A DNA stretch of 64,000 nucleotides from an uncultured delta proteobacterium (GCA_963766715.1 CAVYBH010000013.1:291166-355165), one strand, 5' to 3'. Shown: positions 27,748 through 38,567, counted from the stretch's first letter. Notes: generated from the sequence alone by a model not told the origin. Program-made: numbers and translations.

Positions 27748-29070
27748 CTACCCGCATCCGCCCTTCACCGCGGCCTTCGACTTCAGCTTGACCCGCTTCG
27801 TGTAGGCGTAGGCGGGCCAGGAAGGGGCGCCGTGCCGATCTCCCGGGTGGGCAGAAGGCGCTGCCGTCGCACACGGGGACCGGAACGATCGGGACGCCTC
27901 CAGCTCCGGCCAGGCGGCGGGCTGGGTGCTCCCGGTGGCGTAGAGGAAACGCCAGGCCTGTCCGTCCTTGCCGTCGGCCGTACCGACCCGCTCGGCGACG
28001 CAGGCGTCGACCGGGTATCGCTCCAGCCAGCGATTCATTCCTCCCTCGATCACGTAGAGGTTGGGGACGCCCTGCGCGATCAGGTGCTTCCAGGCCGTCA
28101 AGGCGGCCGCCTCTCCGTTGCCCACCAGGAAGGTGACCGTGGTCGGCGGCTGGTCGAGGAGCGCCTTCAGCCCGCCGGGCGATTCCAGGCTGGCCAGCGT
28201 GACCCGGCGCGAGCCGCCGATGTGGAAGAGGTTGAAGGAGGTCTCGTCGCGCAGGTCCAGGATCGTCACCTGGATCCCGATGTCCTTCCGGAGTGCGGCG
28301 ACCTCGGCCGGGTCGACGAAGATGGCGCGCTCCTCCAGGGAGCGATTCACTTCCGGCCCCATGCGGGCGAGCTTGCTCTCGGGCGTGGGCTGGCCGTGCA
28401 CGACGAGCACGAGGCCCGCCGCGACCATGGCGCCCGCGAAGGCGAGGGTGCCGCGACCGGGCACGCGCCTCACCTCGTCCCAGGGCTTCTTCTCCCCGAA
28501 GTACTGCTGGGCGAGGTCGCCGGCCCAGAAGAGCGTCAGGGCCATGACCACGACGAGAAGCACGGTCACGCCCACCGGGAGGCCGAACAGCTCCGGCAGG
28601 GTGAACCGTCCCATGTAGGAGGAGAGCCAGAAGCCCTGGAAGGACCCCACGGTCTCGCCGAAGAGCCAGACCCCGATCAGGGCGCCGAGCAGGAAGACCA
28701 TCCCGTCGATCTTCAGGGTCGACGCGGCCACGAGCGACGTCCCCGGGCAGAACCCGCCGATGACGAAGCCCACGCCCATGATGAGCCCGCCCACGATTCC
28801 CGGCCACAGGTAGGTCGGGTTCACGAAGACGCGGCTCATGTCGAGCAGGCCGAAGGAGGTGGCGAGCGCCACCAGCACCGCGGCCACGGCGATGCCGGTG
28901 AACATGACCTTCAGGACGGTCATGTCCTTGAAGTAGAACTGGCCGGCCAGCTTGCGGGTGTCGCCGAAGCCGCCCATCTCCAGGGCGGCCCCGAAGCCGA
29001 AGCCGATGGCCCCGAAGACGAGGGCGAAGGCGACGGGACCGAGGGAGGATGCGAGGTCGTAGGGAGCCAT
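27748..29070 (-). CDS. YeeE/YedE sulfur-transporter domain fused to a rhodanese-like domain, C-terminal GGCG
   Basis: GFGAALE.GGF, GGFCPGTS; LDLRD...FNLFHI.GS, YVIEGG...W; ends KGGCG-stop. Confidence 0.85.
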   Translation of the reverse strand: MAPYDLASSLGPVAFALVFGAIGFGFGAALEMGGFGDTRKLAGQFYFKDMTVLKVMFTGIAVAAVLVALATSFGLLDMSRVFVNPTYLWPGIVGGLIMGVGFVIGGFCPGTSLVAASTLKIDGMVFLLGALIGVWLFGETVGSFQGFWLSSYMGRFTLPELFGLPVGVTVLLVVVMALTLFWAGDLAQQYFGEKKPWDEVRRVPGRGTLAFAGAMVAAGLVLVVHGQPTPESKLARMGPEVNRSLEERAIFVDPAEVAALRKDIGIQVTILDLRDETSFNLFHIGGSRRVTLASLESPGGLKALLDQPPTTVTFLVGNGEAAALTAWKHLIAQGVPNLYVIEGGMNRWLERYPVDACVAERVGTADGKDGQAWRFLYATGSTQPAAWPELEASRSFRSPCATAAPSAHPGDRHGAPSWPAYAYTKRVKLKSKAAVKGGCG

Positions 29071-29081
29071 GTGCGTGTCCC

Positions 29082-29606
29082 TCAGGTCCAGAGCCGGCGG
29101 AAGAACCAGGCCACCGCATACGCGCTGGCGAAGATGGCGAGCGCGAAGGTCCAGCTGCCCACCGAGAGCACCGCGCCGCCGGAGAGAGCCTGGCCCGACG
29201 TGCAACCGCGGGCCATCCGCGCGCCGTAGCCCATGATCGCGCCTCCGAGCAGCGCGAAGCCGAGGCGGGCCTGGACGGAGATGTTCGGCCCCTTGCGGGT
29301 CTCGAGCTTCACGCGGCGGTTCACGAGCCCGGAGACGAAGCCTCCCAGGATCGTGCCCACCAGCATGTAGACGCCGTAGTGGGCCCACGGACTCCTCGAG
29401 CCCCCGGCCATCTCGGCGAAGTACGCCACACGATCGACGTGGCCGGGCGCGAAGAGGTCGAGCACGCCGGTCTGCACGCGGCTCATGGCCGCCGAGGCGC
29501 CCAGCCCGCCGCCGGTGACGTAGAAGCTCAGGAAGAGCACCACGCCGAGCAGCGTGCCAGCGACGTAGGGGTTGACGTAGGGCCGGGGTTCCTGCCTCGT
29601 GCTCAT
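29082..29606 (-). CDS. YeeE/YedE family thiosulfate transporter subunit
   Basis: NPYVAG, GLGAS, GARMARGCTSGQALSGG. Confidence 0.88.
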   Translation of the reverse strand: MSTRQEPRPYVNPYVAGTLLGVVLFLSFYVTGGGLGASAAMSRVQTGVLDLFAPGHVDRVAYFAEMAGGSRSPWAHYGVYMLVGTILGGFVSGLVNRRVKLETRKGPNISVQARLGFALLGGAIMGYGARMARGCTSGQALSGGAVLSVGSWTFALAIFASAYAVAWFFRRLWT

Positions 29607-31863
29607 GGCTGGGCTCCTTCCGGGCCGGCCTCGTCGGCGTCGACGTGCTGGTACCCGGTGATCATCGATTTCAGGTGGTCCGTGGGCGTGCGGCCCGTCG
29701 AGACCAGGTAGACGTGCAGGACGAAGAAGGTGAGGAACAGCCACGCGCCGGCGTTGTGGATCGGCGCCACGTAGTGGAGGCCGCCGACCGCGCTCGCCAC
29801 CGCCGGCCATTTGCCCACCGCCCAGATGAGGGCGCCGGTGACGATCTGCAGCGGGAAGAGCACGTTCAGCAGCGCCAGGTAGGTCAGCTGCTGGAGCGGG
29901 TTGAGCTTCTGCCCGGCCGCGTTCTTCGGGTGCGACTCCCCGTAGAAGATGCCGCGCGCCTGGTAGGTCATGTGCTCGAGCGCGCGCGCCAGGAAGCCCT
30001 GCGGGTGCGGGATGAAGTTGCGGATGGCGGCGGTGGCCAGGTGGTAGAAGAGCGCCAGGAAGGCGTTCACGATGAGGACGACGGCGAAGAAGTTGTGGAT
30101 GGCCACCGCGGTCGGGAGCGTCATCAGGCTCGGACCGCCCGTCCCGTGCACCTCGAGGCCGGTGGCGATGAGCGCGATCCCGCTCACCGCCATGGTCCAG
30201 TGCCAGAGCCGCTCGTAGCGCCCGAAGACGTACTCCTTCGCGCCGTCGGGATGCGTCGCGTGCCCGCGCTTCCGCCGGAAGGCGAAGCGGATGGCGCCGT
30301 GGACGGTCACGCCCAGGAGGACGGCCAGGAAGGCCAGGAAGCCGAGGCGGTTCGTCCAGGCCTGGCGGGAGTGCCCGAGCACGTGGAGCCCGCCGGGCGC
30401 ATCACCTTGCCCGCGCTGGAGGACGATTCCGCCGCCGGACGGGGCGATGAGCCCGGACAGCTCCACGCGCGCCCCGTCGGGCGGACGGGGCGGTGCGCCG
30501 CCCGGGAGGTAGGAGGCGACGACGTAGTCGTTGGTGAGCCGGGAATCCTCGGCGTGGCAGGCGGTGCAGTCCCGGAGGGCGCGGTCGCGGGTGGAGATGC
30601 CGTGCGCGAGCGGATGTGCGTCGAGGCGCCCCACCACCACCGGGTCCTCCACGCCGAGGGCGCGGAGCCGCTCGGCGATGAACTCGGTCTTCCGCGGGGT
30701 GTCGAGCCGCAGCTCGGCCTCTTCGATCCGGCCGTTGCGGTCGGCGTCGAACTCGGCGACGACCTCGGGCGGGTGGGCCCCGCCCTGGAGCCAGGCGCGG
30801 ACCACGGTCTCGAAGGGGACGTCCAGGCCGTCCTGGCGGGACACCCAGCGGTAGCGGCTGACGAGGTTCACGGGCGCCACGCGGCGCACGCCGTCCGCCT
30901 CCGTCCGCTCGACGAGCAGGGGCTCGAGCGGCCGGATGGTCGCCGTGTTCATGGTGTCGCCCGGGCGGCGCACGACGTTCCGGTAGCGCACCACCGGCCC
31001 GCCGGCGGCGCTCACCGCGGTGGCGTCCACCATCTCGGCGGCCGGCCCCATCGGCCCCGCCGCGTGGCACGCCGTGCAGGACAGGATCTCCATGTGGCGC
31101 TCGCGGTAGGGCAGGAACGCGTGGGCCTTCATGGGATCGTGGCAGCCCCGGCAATCCTGCTCGGCCAGCTTGTGGTCGGGGCGGACGAGGAACTCGGCCT
31201 GGGTCTGCCGGCGCGGATCGGCCGTGAGGTAGCGCAGCGCGCCCTTCTTGCCGTCGGTGCGGGCCGGGCTGTTGCCGGCGTAGTGGCAGGCCACGCAGTC
31301 GACGAGCTTGGCGGCGTGGACGTCCCACGGCGCGGCCAGGAGCTCCTTGCCCTGCAGATCGAGGAAGGAGTCGTTCATCCGCTGGGGCGCGACGATGGCC
31401 CCCTCGCCCTGGCGTGAGGGACCACGTCCGGCCCGGCGCGGTCGCCGCCTCGAAGGCCGGAGGAATCGACGATCGGCGCGTGCCCGTCGGACACGAGCCC
31501 GTGGCAGGCGCCGCAGTTCGCGGCGCGCGGCGTTCCGATCCGGATCGACTCCCGGCGAAGCTTCCCTTCCGGGTCGAGCCGGTCGGCGCGCACCTCGAGC
31601 TTGCCCCCGCTCACGTGACACTGGACGCAGGTGGCCGCCGACCGGGGCGCCTTGTGATCGGTGTGGGCCGCGATGTAGGCGGCGTCGTGGCAGGCGCCGC
31701 AGGTCTTCGCGGCGTCCATCTCCTCGGCCGTCCGGACCTTCTTGCCGGCGGCGTCGAGCGGGGCGAACTGGGGGTGGATGGGGTTCACGGGCTGCTGCGC
31801 CGAGGCCGGCGTGGCGGCCGCGGACGCGAGCAGGAGGACGACGGCAACGGCGAGGCGGCTCAT
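29603..31863 (-). CDS. Multiheme cytochrome c fused to a C-terminal cytochrome b (FdnI/HyaC-like) membrane anchor (frameshift near 31420)
   Basis: Signal peptide; seven CxxCH; ERLWHW, IHN, NPLQQLTY, IHN, LHVYL, SMITG. Confidence 0.82.
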
Positions 31864-33280
31864 CGGCGCCCTCCGGTCTTGATGGGATCGGCCACGTAGC
31901 CGAGGGCCTTCCAGTCCATGCGCGACGATCTCGCCGTGGCAGTCGGTGCAGGCGAGCGCCTTCTCCTTCGTCGACACCATGTGGGAGAGCGGCCAGTACA
32001 TCTCGGTGGGGGCGAAGCCGAACTTGCCGCTGTACGGGATCTTCGAGGCCTCGGACCCCAGCCGGAACGACTTGTCCCAGTCGAAGGTGGTCCAGTACCC
32101 GCCCGTCCCTCCGGTGACCGGCGGGAAGAGGTAGTTGAACCCGGCGTCGTAGGGCTGCTTGCCCCGGTGGATCTTGAACGGCCAGATCTTCGCCTTCGGG
32201 TCGTCGATGCTCCCGAACGGCGGGTTGAGCGGCGTGACCTTGGTGGGGTCGATCTTGTCGCCGAGCAGGTTGCGCCCGACGGTGCCGTTGAACCACCGGT
32301 ACTCCGGCACGGCGTCCTGCTCGTAGGTGAACTCGCCCTTGATCTTGAGGTAGCTGTGCACGTCGTCCTTGCGGCTCGGGATCGCCGGCCTTGCTCCAGT
32401 CCCACCAGGCCTTGGTGGGAAGCTTCCCGGCGAACTCGGGGATGTGGCAGGTCTGGCAGGCCACCGCCTTCACGTGCGTGTCGACGCGGGCGTCGGTGTG
32501 CTTGTGCCCCTCGTGGCAGTCGGTGCAGGCCACGCCGTTCGAGTCCTCGACGCTGACGGAGAAGGCCTTGCCCTGGATTTGGTGATCCGGGCCCGCGTGG
32601 CAGTCCACGCAGAGGAAGCCATGCCGCCCGATGTGGACGTCCTCCTCCTCGAACGGGTGCGCCAGCGACGAGTCGAGGTCGCCGTGCTTCACGCCCTGCC
32701 CGCCTCCGCCGTAGGCGTGGCACCCCAGGCAGTTCTCCCGCTGGGGCGTGCCGACCGACTTCGCCGCCGCCACCAGGTCGGTCTCCTTGGTGGGAATGCC
32801 ATAGGTTCCCTTCACGTAGGTCCCCGTCCTCTCGTGGCACACCAGGCAGTCGACGTTCTCGGCCTTCTGGAAGTCGAAGGAGTCGTCGGCCCAGCCGTAG
32901 CCGACGTGGCACTTGGTGCAGGTCTTCTCGTTGCCGCGGTTCGCGATGCAGAAGTTGTTGATCAGGTTCTTCTTGCCGATGCGGGTCTTGCCCTCGTGCC
33001 CGGGGACGACGACTTCCTCGCCCAGCCACTGCCAGTGCGAGCTCTTCATCACGTGTGCGGCGTCGGGATGGCAGCCGAGGCAGGATCGCGTCACGGCCTG
33101 CGGGCTCTCGAACGCGGCCGGCGTGACCGGCGCGTGGTCGAAGTGCGCCCGGGTGCGCTTCGAGAACGCGGGCGCGGCCTTGGGCGGCGTCGGAGGACTC
33201 TGCACCGCGACGGCGACGGCGGTCGCGGCCGCCACCACGGCGAGGAACAGCGTTCCGATGAGGAGGTACTTTTTGGTCAC
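31860..33280 (-). CDS. otr: Octaheme tetrathionate reductase (Otr) family cytochrome c (frameshifts near 32375 and 31925)
   Basis: HWQW, GKKNLINNFC, CTKCH.GYGW, eight CxxCH, W.WSKAG, P.YRWFNG, KIWPFK.HRGKQPYD, MYWPLSHMV. Confidence 0.88.
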
Positions 33281-33332
33281 GGGGGTTCCAGTCGAGGTCG
33301 GAAGACGGCGCGATGCTCGCAAAGGAGACCAG

Positions 33333-33348
33333 TGCGTGTGCCGTGCCT
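33333..33348 (-). promoter_or_regulatory. Putative sigma-54 (-24/-12) promoter of the otr operon
   Basis: Minus-strand AGGCACGGCACACGCA fits GG-N10-GC; about 50 nt upstream of otr. Confidence 0.55.
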
Positions 33349-33390
33349 GAACCGTGACAAGTAAATTCAATGGGTTACGAAATCGGGACG

Positions 33391-33454
33391 TGAAACATCC
33401 GAGACGTTATGTTTCAATCGATTGAAACGTTTCATGTCGCAGAGGAGTGAAACA
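33391..33454. promoter_or_regulatory. Cluster of TGAAAC/GTTTCA sites, putative enhancer or operator
   Basis: Perfect palindromes GTTTCAATCGATTGAAAC (33411-33428) and TGAAACGTTTCA (33423-33434); TGAAACA at 33391 and 33448. Confidence 0.65.
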
Positions 33455-33484
33455 TGACGTCGCCCTCCCTCCTTCAGGCTTCCG

Positions 33485-34861
33485 GTGCCCTCCTGCGCCC
33501 CCGGCGCGGCGGACATGGAGCGGGCCTTCTCCGCCGTGAACGCGGCCTTCGGCTCGCTCGGGCGCATCTGCATGGCCCTCGACGCCGACTTCCGCATCCG
33601 CTACGCGTCCGAGCTCCTCGCGAGCCTGCTGGGCGAGGAGGCCTTCGGGCAGGTGCGGGGCCTCTCCATCGAGTCGCTGCTCGGCTCCGAGCTCTTCGGG
33701 CTCGACGGCCCGCTGCGGCAGGCGCTCCTGGCCGGGGAGAAGCGGGAGGGCTGGCGGGCGGTCCTGAACGTGCAGAACGGCCCGGCTCGCCTCATGTCGG
33801 TCTCCGCCGCCCCGCTCCTCCACGACAAGCTCGGCGTGTGCGACCCGTCCGCCGCCTACCTGGTGGTGCTGCGCCCCGCCGACGAGTCGACCATCGAGGC
33901 CAGCGGCCCCATCGCCGGGTTCGGGCTCATCGCGCGCTCGCCGGCCATGACCCGCGTCTTCCGGATGATCGACGTCCTCCAGCACAGCGAGTCGACGGTG
34001 CTCGTCACCGGCGAGAGCGGCACCGGCAAGGAGGTCATGGCGCGGATCATCCACGCCCACTCCCCCCGGAAGTCCGGACCCTTCGTGGCGGTGAACGCCG
34101 CGGCGCTCCCGGGCGAGCTGCTGGAGAGCGAGCTCTTCGGGCACGTGCGCGGCGCCTTCACCGGCGCGGTGCGCGACCGGGCCGGGCGCTTCGAGGCCGC
34201 CGAGGACGGGACGCTCTTCCTCGACGAGGTGGGCGACGTCCCGCTCCACCTCCAGGTGAAGCTGCTCCGCGTGCTCCAGGAGCACACCTACGAGCGCGTC
34301 GGCGACAGCCAGACGCGCCGCACCAACGCCCGCATCATCGCGGCGACCAACCGCAACCTCCGCCGGCTCGTCGCCGACGGCCGGTTCCGGGAGGACCTCT
34401 ACTACCGCCTGCGCGTCTTCCCGCTCGAGCTTCCCCCGCTGCGCAGCCGCCGGGAGGACATCGAGCCGATGGCCCGGCTCCTCCTCTCCCGGGTGGGGAC
34501 CCGCACGGGGCGCGCGCTCCGCCTCTCTCCCGAGGCCGTTCGCGTGCTCCTCTCCTACGAGTGGCCCGGCAACGTGCGCGAGCTGGAGAACGCGCTCGAG
34601 TTCGCCGCCACCGTCTGCCAGGGGCAGACGCTCCAGCCCGAGGACCTGCCGCCCGAGGTCGCCGCGGCCGGCCCGAGCTTCGCGGAGGAGCCGGCGCCCC
34701 TGCCGAGGACCCGCGTCGCCGCGCCGCTGGCGGCCGAGGACGACCGCGAGCTCCGCGCCGCCCTCGAGCAGAACCGCTGGAACCGGGAGGCCACGGCCCG
34801 CTCCCTCGGCGTGAGCCGGAGCACGCTCTGGCGGCGGATGCGCGCGGCCAGCCTCAGCTGA
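33485..34861 (+). CDS. Sigma-54-dependent Fis-family activator with N-terminal PAS-like sensor (start uncertain)
   Basis: GESGTGKE, ESELFGH.RGAFTGA, LFLDEVG, WPGNVRELEN, C-terminal HTH; no receiver domain. Confidence 0.93.
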   Translation: MPSCAPGAADMERAFSAVNAAFGSLGRICMALDADFRIRYASELLASLLGEEAFGQVRGLSIESLLGSELFGLDGPLRQALLAGEKREGWRAVLNVQNGPARLMSVSAAPLLHDKLGVCDPSAAYLVVLRPADESTIEASGPIAGFGLIARSPAMTRVFRMIDVLQHSESTVLVTGESGTGKEVMARIIHAHSPRKSGPFVAVNAAALPGELLESELFGHVRGAFTGAVRDRAGRFEAAEDGTLFLDEVGDVPLHLQVKLLRVLQEHTYERVGDSQTRRTNARIIAATNRNLRRLVADGRFREDLYYRLRVFPLELPPLRSRREDIEPMARLLLSRVGTRTGRALRLSPEAVRVLLSYEWPGNVRELENALEFAATVCQGQTLQPEDLPPEVAAAGPSFAEEPAPLPRTRVAAPLAAEDDRELRAALEQNRWNREATARSLGVSRSTLWRRMRAASLS

Positions 34862-34983
34862 CGCGTTTCGTGTCGTTCGCGACACGTTCCGTCTCGCGCG
34901 CGTGACACGTCCTGTCGCGCACTGCGTCTCGCCGTCACGCCATCACTCCCGGAACTCCTCGAAATCCCTCCCGGCTTCGCGCG

Positions 34984-34999
34984 CGGCACGCCACGCGCA
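34984..34999 (+). promoter_or_regulatory. Putative sigma-54 (-24/-12) promoter of the fadL-like gene
   Basis: CGGCACGCCACGCGCA fits GG-N10-GC and closely matches the otr site. Confidence 0.55.
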
Positions 35000-35035
35000 G
35001 TGGTGACGCCGCAACCCCGCAGGGAGGACAACACC

Positions 35036-36332
35036 TTGAACTTCGAACGGATGATGCGTCTCGCCGTCGCCCTGGCCATCGCCACGGCGACGCCGGCCTA
35101 CGCCACGAACGGCATGCGAATGATCGGCTTCGGCCCGGTCCAGAACTCGATGGGCGGCGTCGGCGTCGGCGCCACGCTCGACGCGGCCAGCGTCCTCTCC
35201 AACCCGGCCGGCATGTCCGAGCTGGGCGGGCGGGTCGACTTCGGCGCCACCTACTTCATGCCCACCGTGAAGTACAGCGCCACCGGCATCGACGCCGGGC
35301 AGGGCAACCAGCTCGTGAACCAGCCGGGCGTGACGATCCAGAGCGACAAGGGCGCGTCCCCCATCCCGGCCTTCGGCCTCATCATCCCCATCGACTCGCA
35401 GTGGTCGTTCGGCATGGGCGCGTACGGCGTGGCCGGCATGGGCGTCGACTACGCCCAGAACCTCTACTCGGGCACCACCTTCACCGGCTACAGCCAGATG
35501 CGCTTCACGCCGGGCGTCTCCTACAAGCTGAACGACATGTTCTCGTTCGGCGTGACGCTGAACGGCATGTGGGCCACCACCGAGTGGAACGTGGCGAATC
35601 CCTTCGGCCAGGCGCCCGCACCTGTCGGCCTCGGGCTTCGGCATCGGCGCCACCATCGGCGCCAAGATCACCCCCATCCAGATGCTCACCATCGGCCTCG
35701 CCTTCGAGACGACCTCCTTCTTCCAGGACTTCAAGTACAACACCGGCGTCCGCGGCAACCCGGGTGGCCCGACGCTCCCGCCCCTCCCCGGCGGCGTCGA
35801 CAAGCTCACCTTCAACCAGCCCTGCGTCCTCACCGGCGGCGTGGCCGTTCGCCCGATCGAGATGCTGCTCGTCGCGGCCGACGTGGAGTGGATCAACTGG
35901 GCGGCCACCAACGGCGCCAACAAGCCCTCCTTCTCCGAGAACTCGAGCGGCGCCATGCCCTGGAACATGAACTGGTCGAGCCAGGTCGTCTTCAAGCTCG
36001 GCGTCCAGGTCACGCCGATCGACTGGCTCGCGCTGCGCGCCGGCTTCAACTACGGCAAGAACCCCCTCGACGCCTCCCGCGCGTTCGAGAACATCGCCTT
36101 CCCCGCGGTCGCCGAGAGCCACATCACGCTCGGCGCGGGATTCAACCTGGGCAAGCACGTCGCCATCAACCTGGGCGCGATGATCGCCCCGACGGTGAGC
36201 ATCTCCGGCTCGAACCCCCTGCCCCCCCAGGGCACCCCGAACTACCCGGGCCCGTACGGACAGGGCATCGCCTCGTACACCACGTCGATGTCCCAGTACG
36301 GGCTCGACGCCGGCGTCGCCTACAAGTTCTAG
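35036..36332 (+). CDS. FadL/OmpP1 family outer-membrane transporter (frameshift near 35620)
   Basis: GGAGG SD and TTG start; ATNG...IGFG...SMGG, NPAGM, LRAGFNYG.NP, terminal YKF. Confidence 0.88.
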
Positions 36333-36339
36333 GCGGGGA

Positions 36340-37123
36340 TCACCGCCGCACCACCGTCCACACCAGGACGGCGGCGACGACGACGAGCAGCAGGGAAAAG
36401 GCGTGCGCCAGCCTCGCCGTCCGCATCCGGACGGCGAGGCGCGCCCCGAAGAACGCGCCGACGGAGAATCCCACCACCACCATCGCGAGCAGCGCCCAGG
36501 GCATGGTCCCCTGGGCGCGCGCGTAGACGAGCACGCCGGGCAGCCCCACCGGGGGCAGCATGACCGCCAGGCTCGTCGCCTGGGCCTCGTGCTGGTCGAG
36601 GTGCAGGGCCGCCACGAGCAGCGGGACCATGATGATGCCGCCCCCGATGCCGAACAGGCCGGCGAGGAATCCCGCGGCGGCGCCGATCCAGATCCCGTTC
36701 CAGTCGCTTCGAGCGCGGCAGGTGCGCCACCTCGGCTGCACCGCGCGCCGACGCCCGCCGCCAGAGGAGCACGGCGGCCGCCACGACGAGCAGGGCGAAG
36801 AGGACGCGCAGCGGTCTCTGGTCGATGCGGACCGCCGCGGCGGCGCCCAGGCTCACCCCGCCCAGGAACCCGGCCACCAGCGCGCCGACCAGCCACCAGC
36901 GGAAGGTCACGCGCGCGCGGTAGGCCAGCACCGCCGGCAGCCCGATGGGCAGGAGCATCACGGCGAGGGTCACCCCCTGCGCCTCCCGCTGGGGGAGGCC
37001 GAGGAGCAGTCCGAGGAGCGGGACGAGCACGATGCCGCCGCCCACGCCGAAGAGGCCCGAGAGGAGCCCTCCTGCGAGGCCGGCTGCGATGCCACCGAGG
37101 TCGAACGCGTTCAAGGGAGCCAT
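36340..37123 (-). CDS. Sulfite exporter TauE/SafE family protein (frameshift near 36720)
   Basis: Duplicated GLFG(V/I)GGGI..VP.L and AQ..(T/S)LA motifs. Confidence 0.88.
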
Positions 37124-37251
37124 CCTAGCCCCGTCTGACTGGCGGCAACAGGTGCGGGTCCACGACGGGTCGTGTGGCAAGCGTCGCAGGCAACGAGCCG
37201 CGGCATGCGTACCCTAGGTCAAACTCGATCTCGTCTCCCCGGAGGAAGCTC

Positions 37252-37760
37252 GTGACCCGATTCATCCTCGCCGCCGCCATCGCCCTGTCCGCCGCCGCGA
37301 CAGATCGCCCAACGCGTCGACGACACCAAGGCCATGCCCGCGTGCCGCACTGCGGAATGGACCGGGAGAAGTTCGCGGCCTCCGCATGGTGATCGACTAC
37401 GACGACGGCAAGCCGGTCGGACTCTGCAGCCTGCACTGCGCCGCGGTGGACCTGGCCGTCGCCCTCGACAAGGCGCCGGTCACCATCTGGGTGGCCGACC
37501 TGCCGTCGAAGAAGCTCGTGAACGCGGAGACCGCCGTCTGGGTGATCGGCGGCACGAAGCCTGGCGTCATGACCACGCGGGCCAAGTGGGCCTTCGCCGA
37601 CAAGGGCGCGGCCGAGGCCTTCGTGAAGGAGAACGGCGGGACCCTGGTCGGCTTCGAGGAGGCGATGAAGGCCGCCTACGAGGACCTCTACAAGGACAAC
37701 AAGGCCATCCGCGAGAAGCGGAAGATGATGAAGGCCAAGGCAGCCCAGAAGCCCAGCTAG
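37252..37760 (+). CDS. NosL family metal-chaperone-like protein, copy 1 (frameshifted)
   Basis: Signal peptide; C.HCGM, CSLHC, GVMT.RAKWAF...A.AF.KENGG. Confidence 0.78.
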
Positions 37761-37778
37761 CCTGGCGTTCGTTCCGCC

Positions 37779-38273
37779 ATGCGACCCACGCGGCTCCCCG
37801 TCGCCCTGGCCGGCGCGGCCCTCCTCCTCCTCGGCTTCGCCGGCGCGCGCGCAGGACGCCTCGCCTCGGCGCCACGAACCGAAGGACAAGTGTCCGGTCT
37901 GCGGCATGTTCGTCGCGAAGTACCCGGACTGGGCGGCGACGGTCGACGTTCCAGGACGGGTCGCTCGCCTGGTTCGACGGGGCGAAGGACCTGTTCAAGT
38001 TCCTCGCCGAGCCCGGGCCAGCTACCTGCCGGGACGGCACGCCTGCCGACGTCGCGCTCGGTGACCGCGACCGACTACTACTCGGTGAAGACCCTGAGAT
38101 GCGAAGGAGGCCTTCTACGTCGTGGGAAGCGACGTCTTCGGCCCGATGGGGAAGGAGCTCGTGCCGTTCGCCCTCGAGGACCGAGGCCGAGGAGTTCCTG
38201 CGCGACCACAAGGGCAAGCGGGTGCTGCGGTTCGGCGAGGTGACGCCGCGCCGTGCTCGAGGGGCTCGAATAG
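37779..38273 (+). CDS. NosL family protein, copy 2 (heavily frameshifted)
   Basis: KCPVCGMFVAKYP.W, FDGAKDLFK, TDYY, YVVGSDVFGPMGKEL.PF, F.RDHKG. Confidence 0.75.
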
Positions 38274-38277
38274 GCGG

Positions 38278-38567
38278 ATGCGGCAAGTCCGATAGGTTCC
38301 TCGTCTTCCTGCCTGGGCCTGCTGGCGCTCCTGGAAGGCTGGCGCGCCTGCACTCGCTCCACCGCGGCGAAAGCGCGCGCCGAGGCAGGTCCGGGCGCAT
38401 GGCCGTCGATGGCCCGGCGGCTCGGCCTGACCGACCTTGCGCTCTTCACCGAGGCCCGCTACGCCCGCCACCCGTCGCAGGCGGATCGCTTCGCCCCGTT
38501 CCAGGATCACCCCACCTCGCTCGAGCATTTCCCGTCGGGCTCGCTCGTCCCCCACCCCCTGCCGTGA
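38278..38567 (+). CDS. Small hypothetical protein (frameshifted)
   Basis: RLGLTDLALFTEARYARHPSQADRFAPFQDHPTSLEHFPSGS reads as a real high-GC3 frame between nosL and the permease. Confidence 0.5.

Noticed and set aside
33391..33454. GTTTCAAT...ATTGAAAC resembles CRISPR repeat termini
   Set aside because: It is a single palindrome with no repeat-spacer periodicity and no cas genes; better explained as an operator
37252..38273. N2O reduction inferred from nosL
   Set aside because: No nosZ, nosD or nosR in the window
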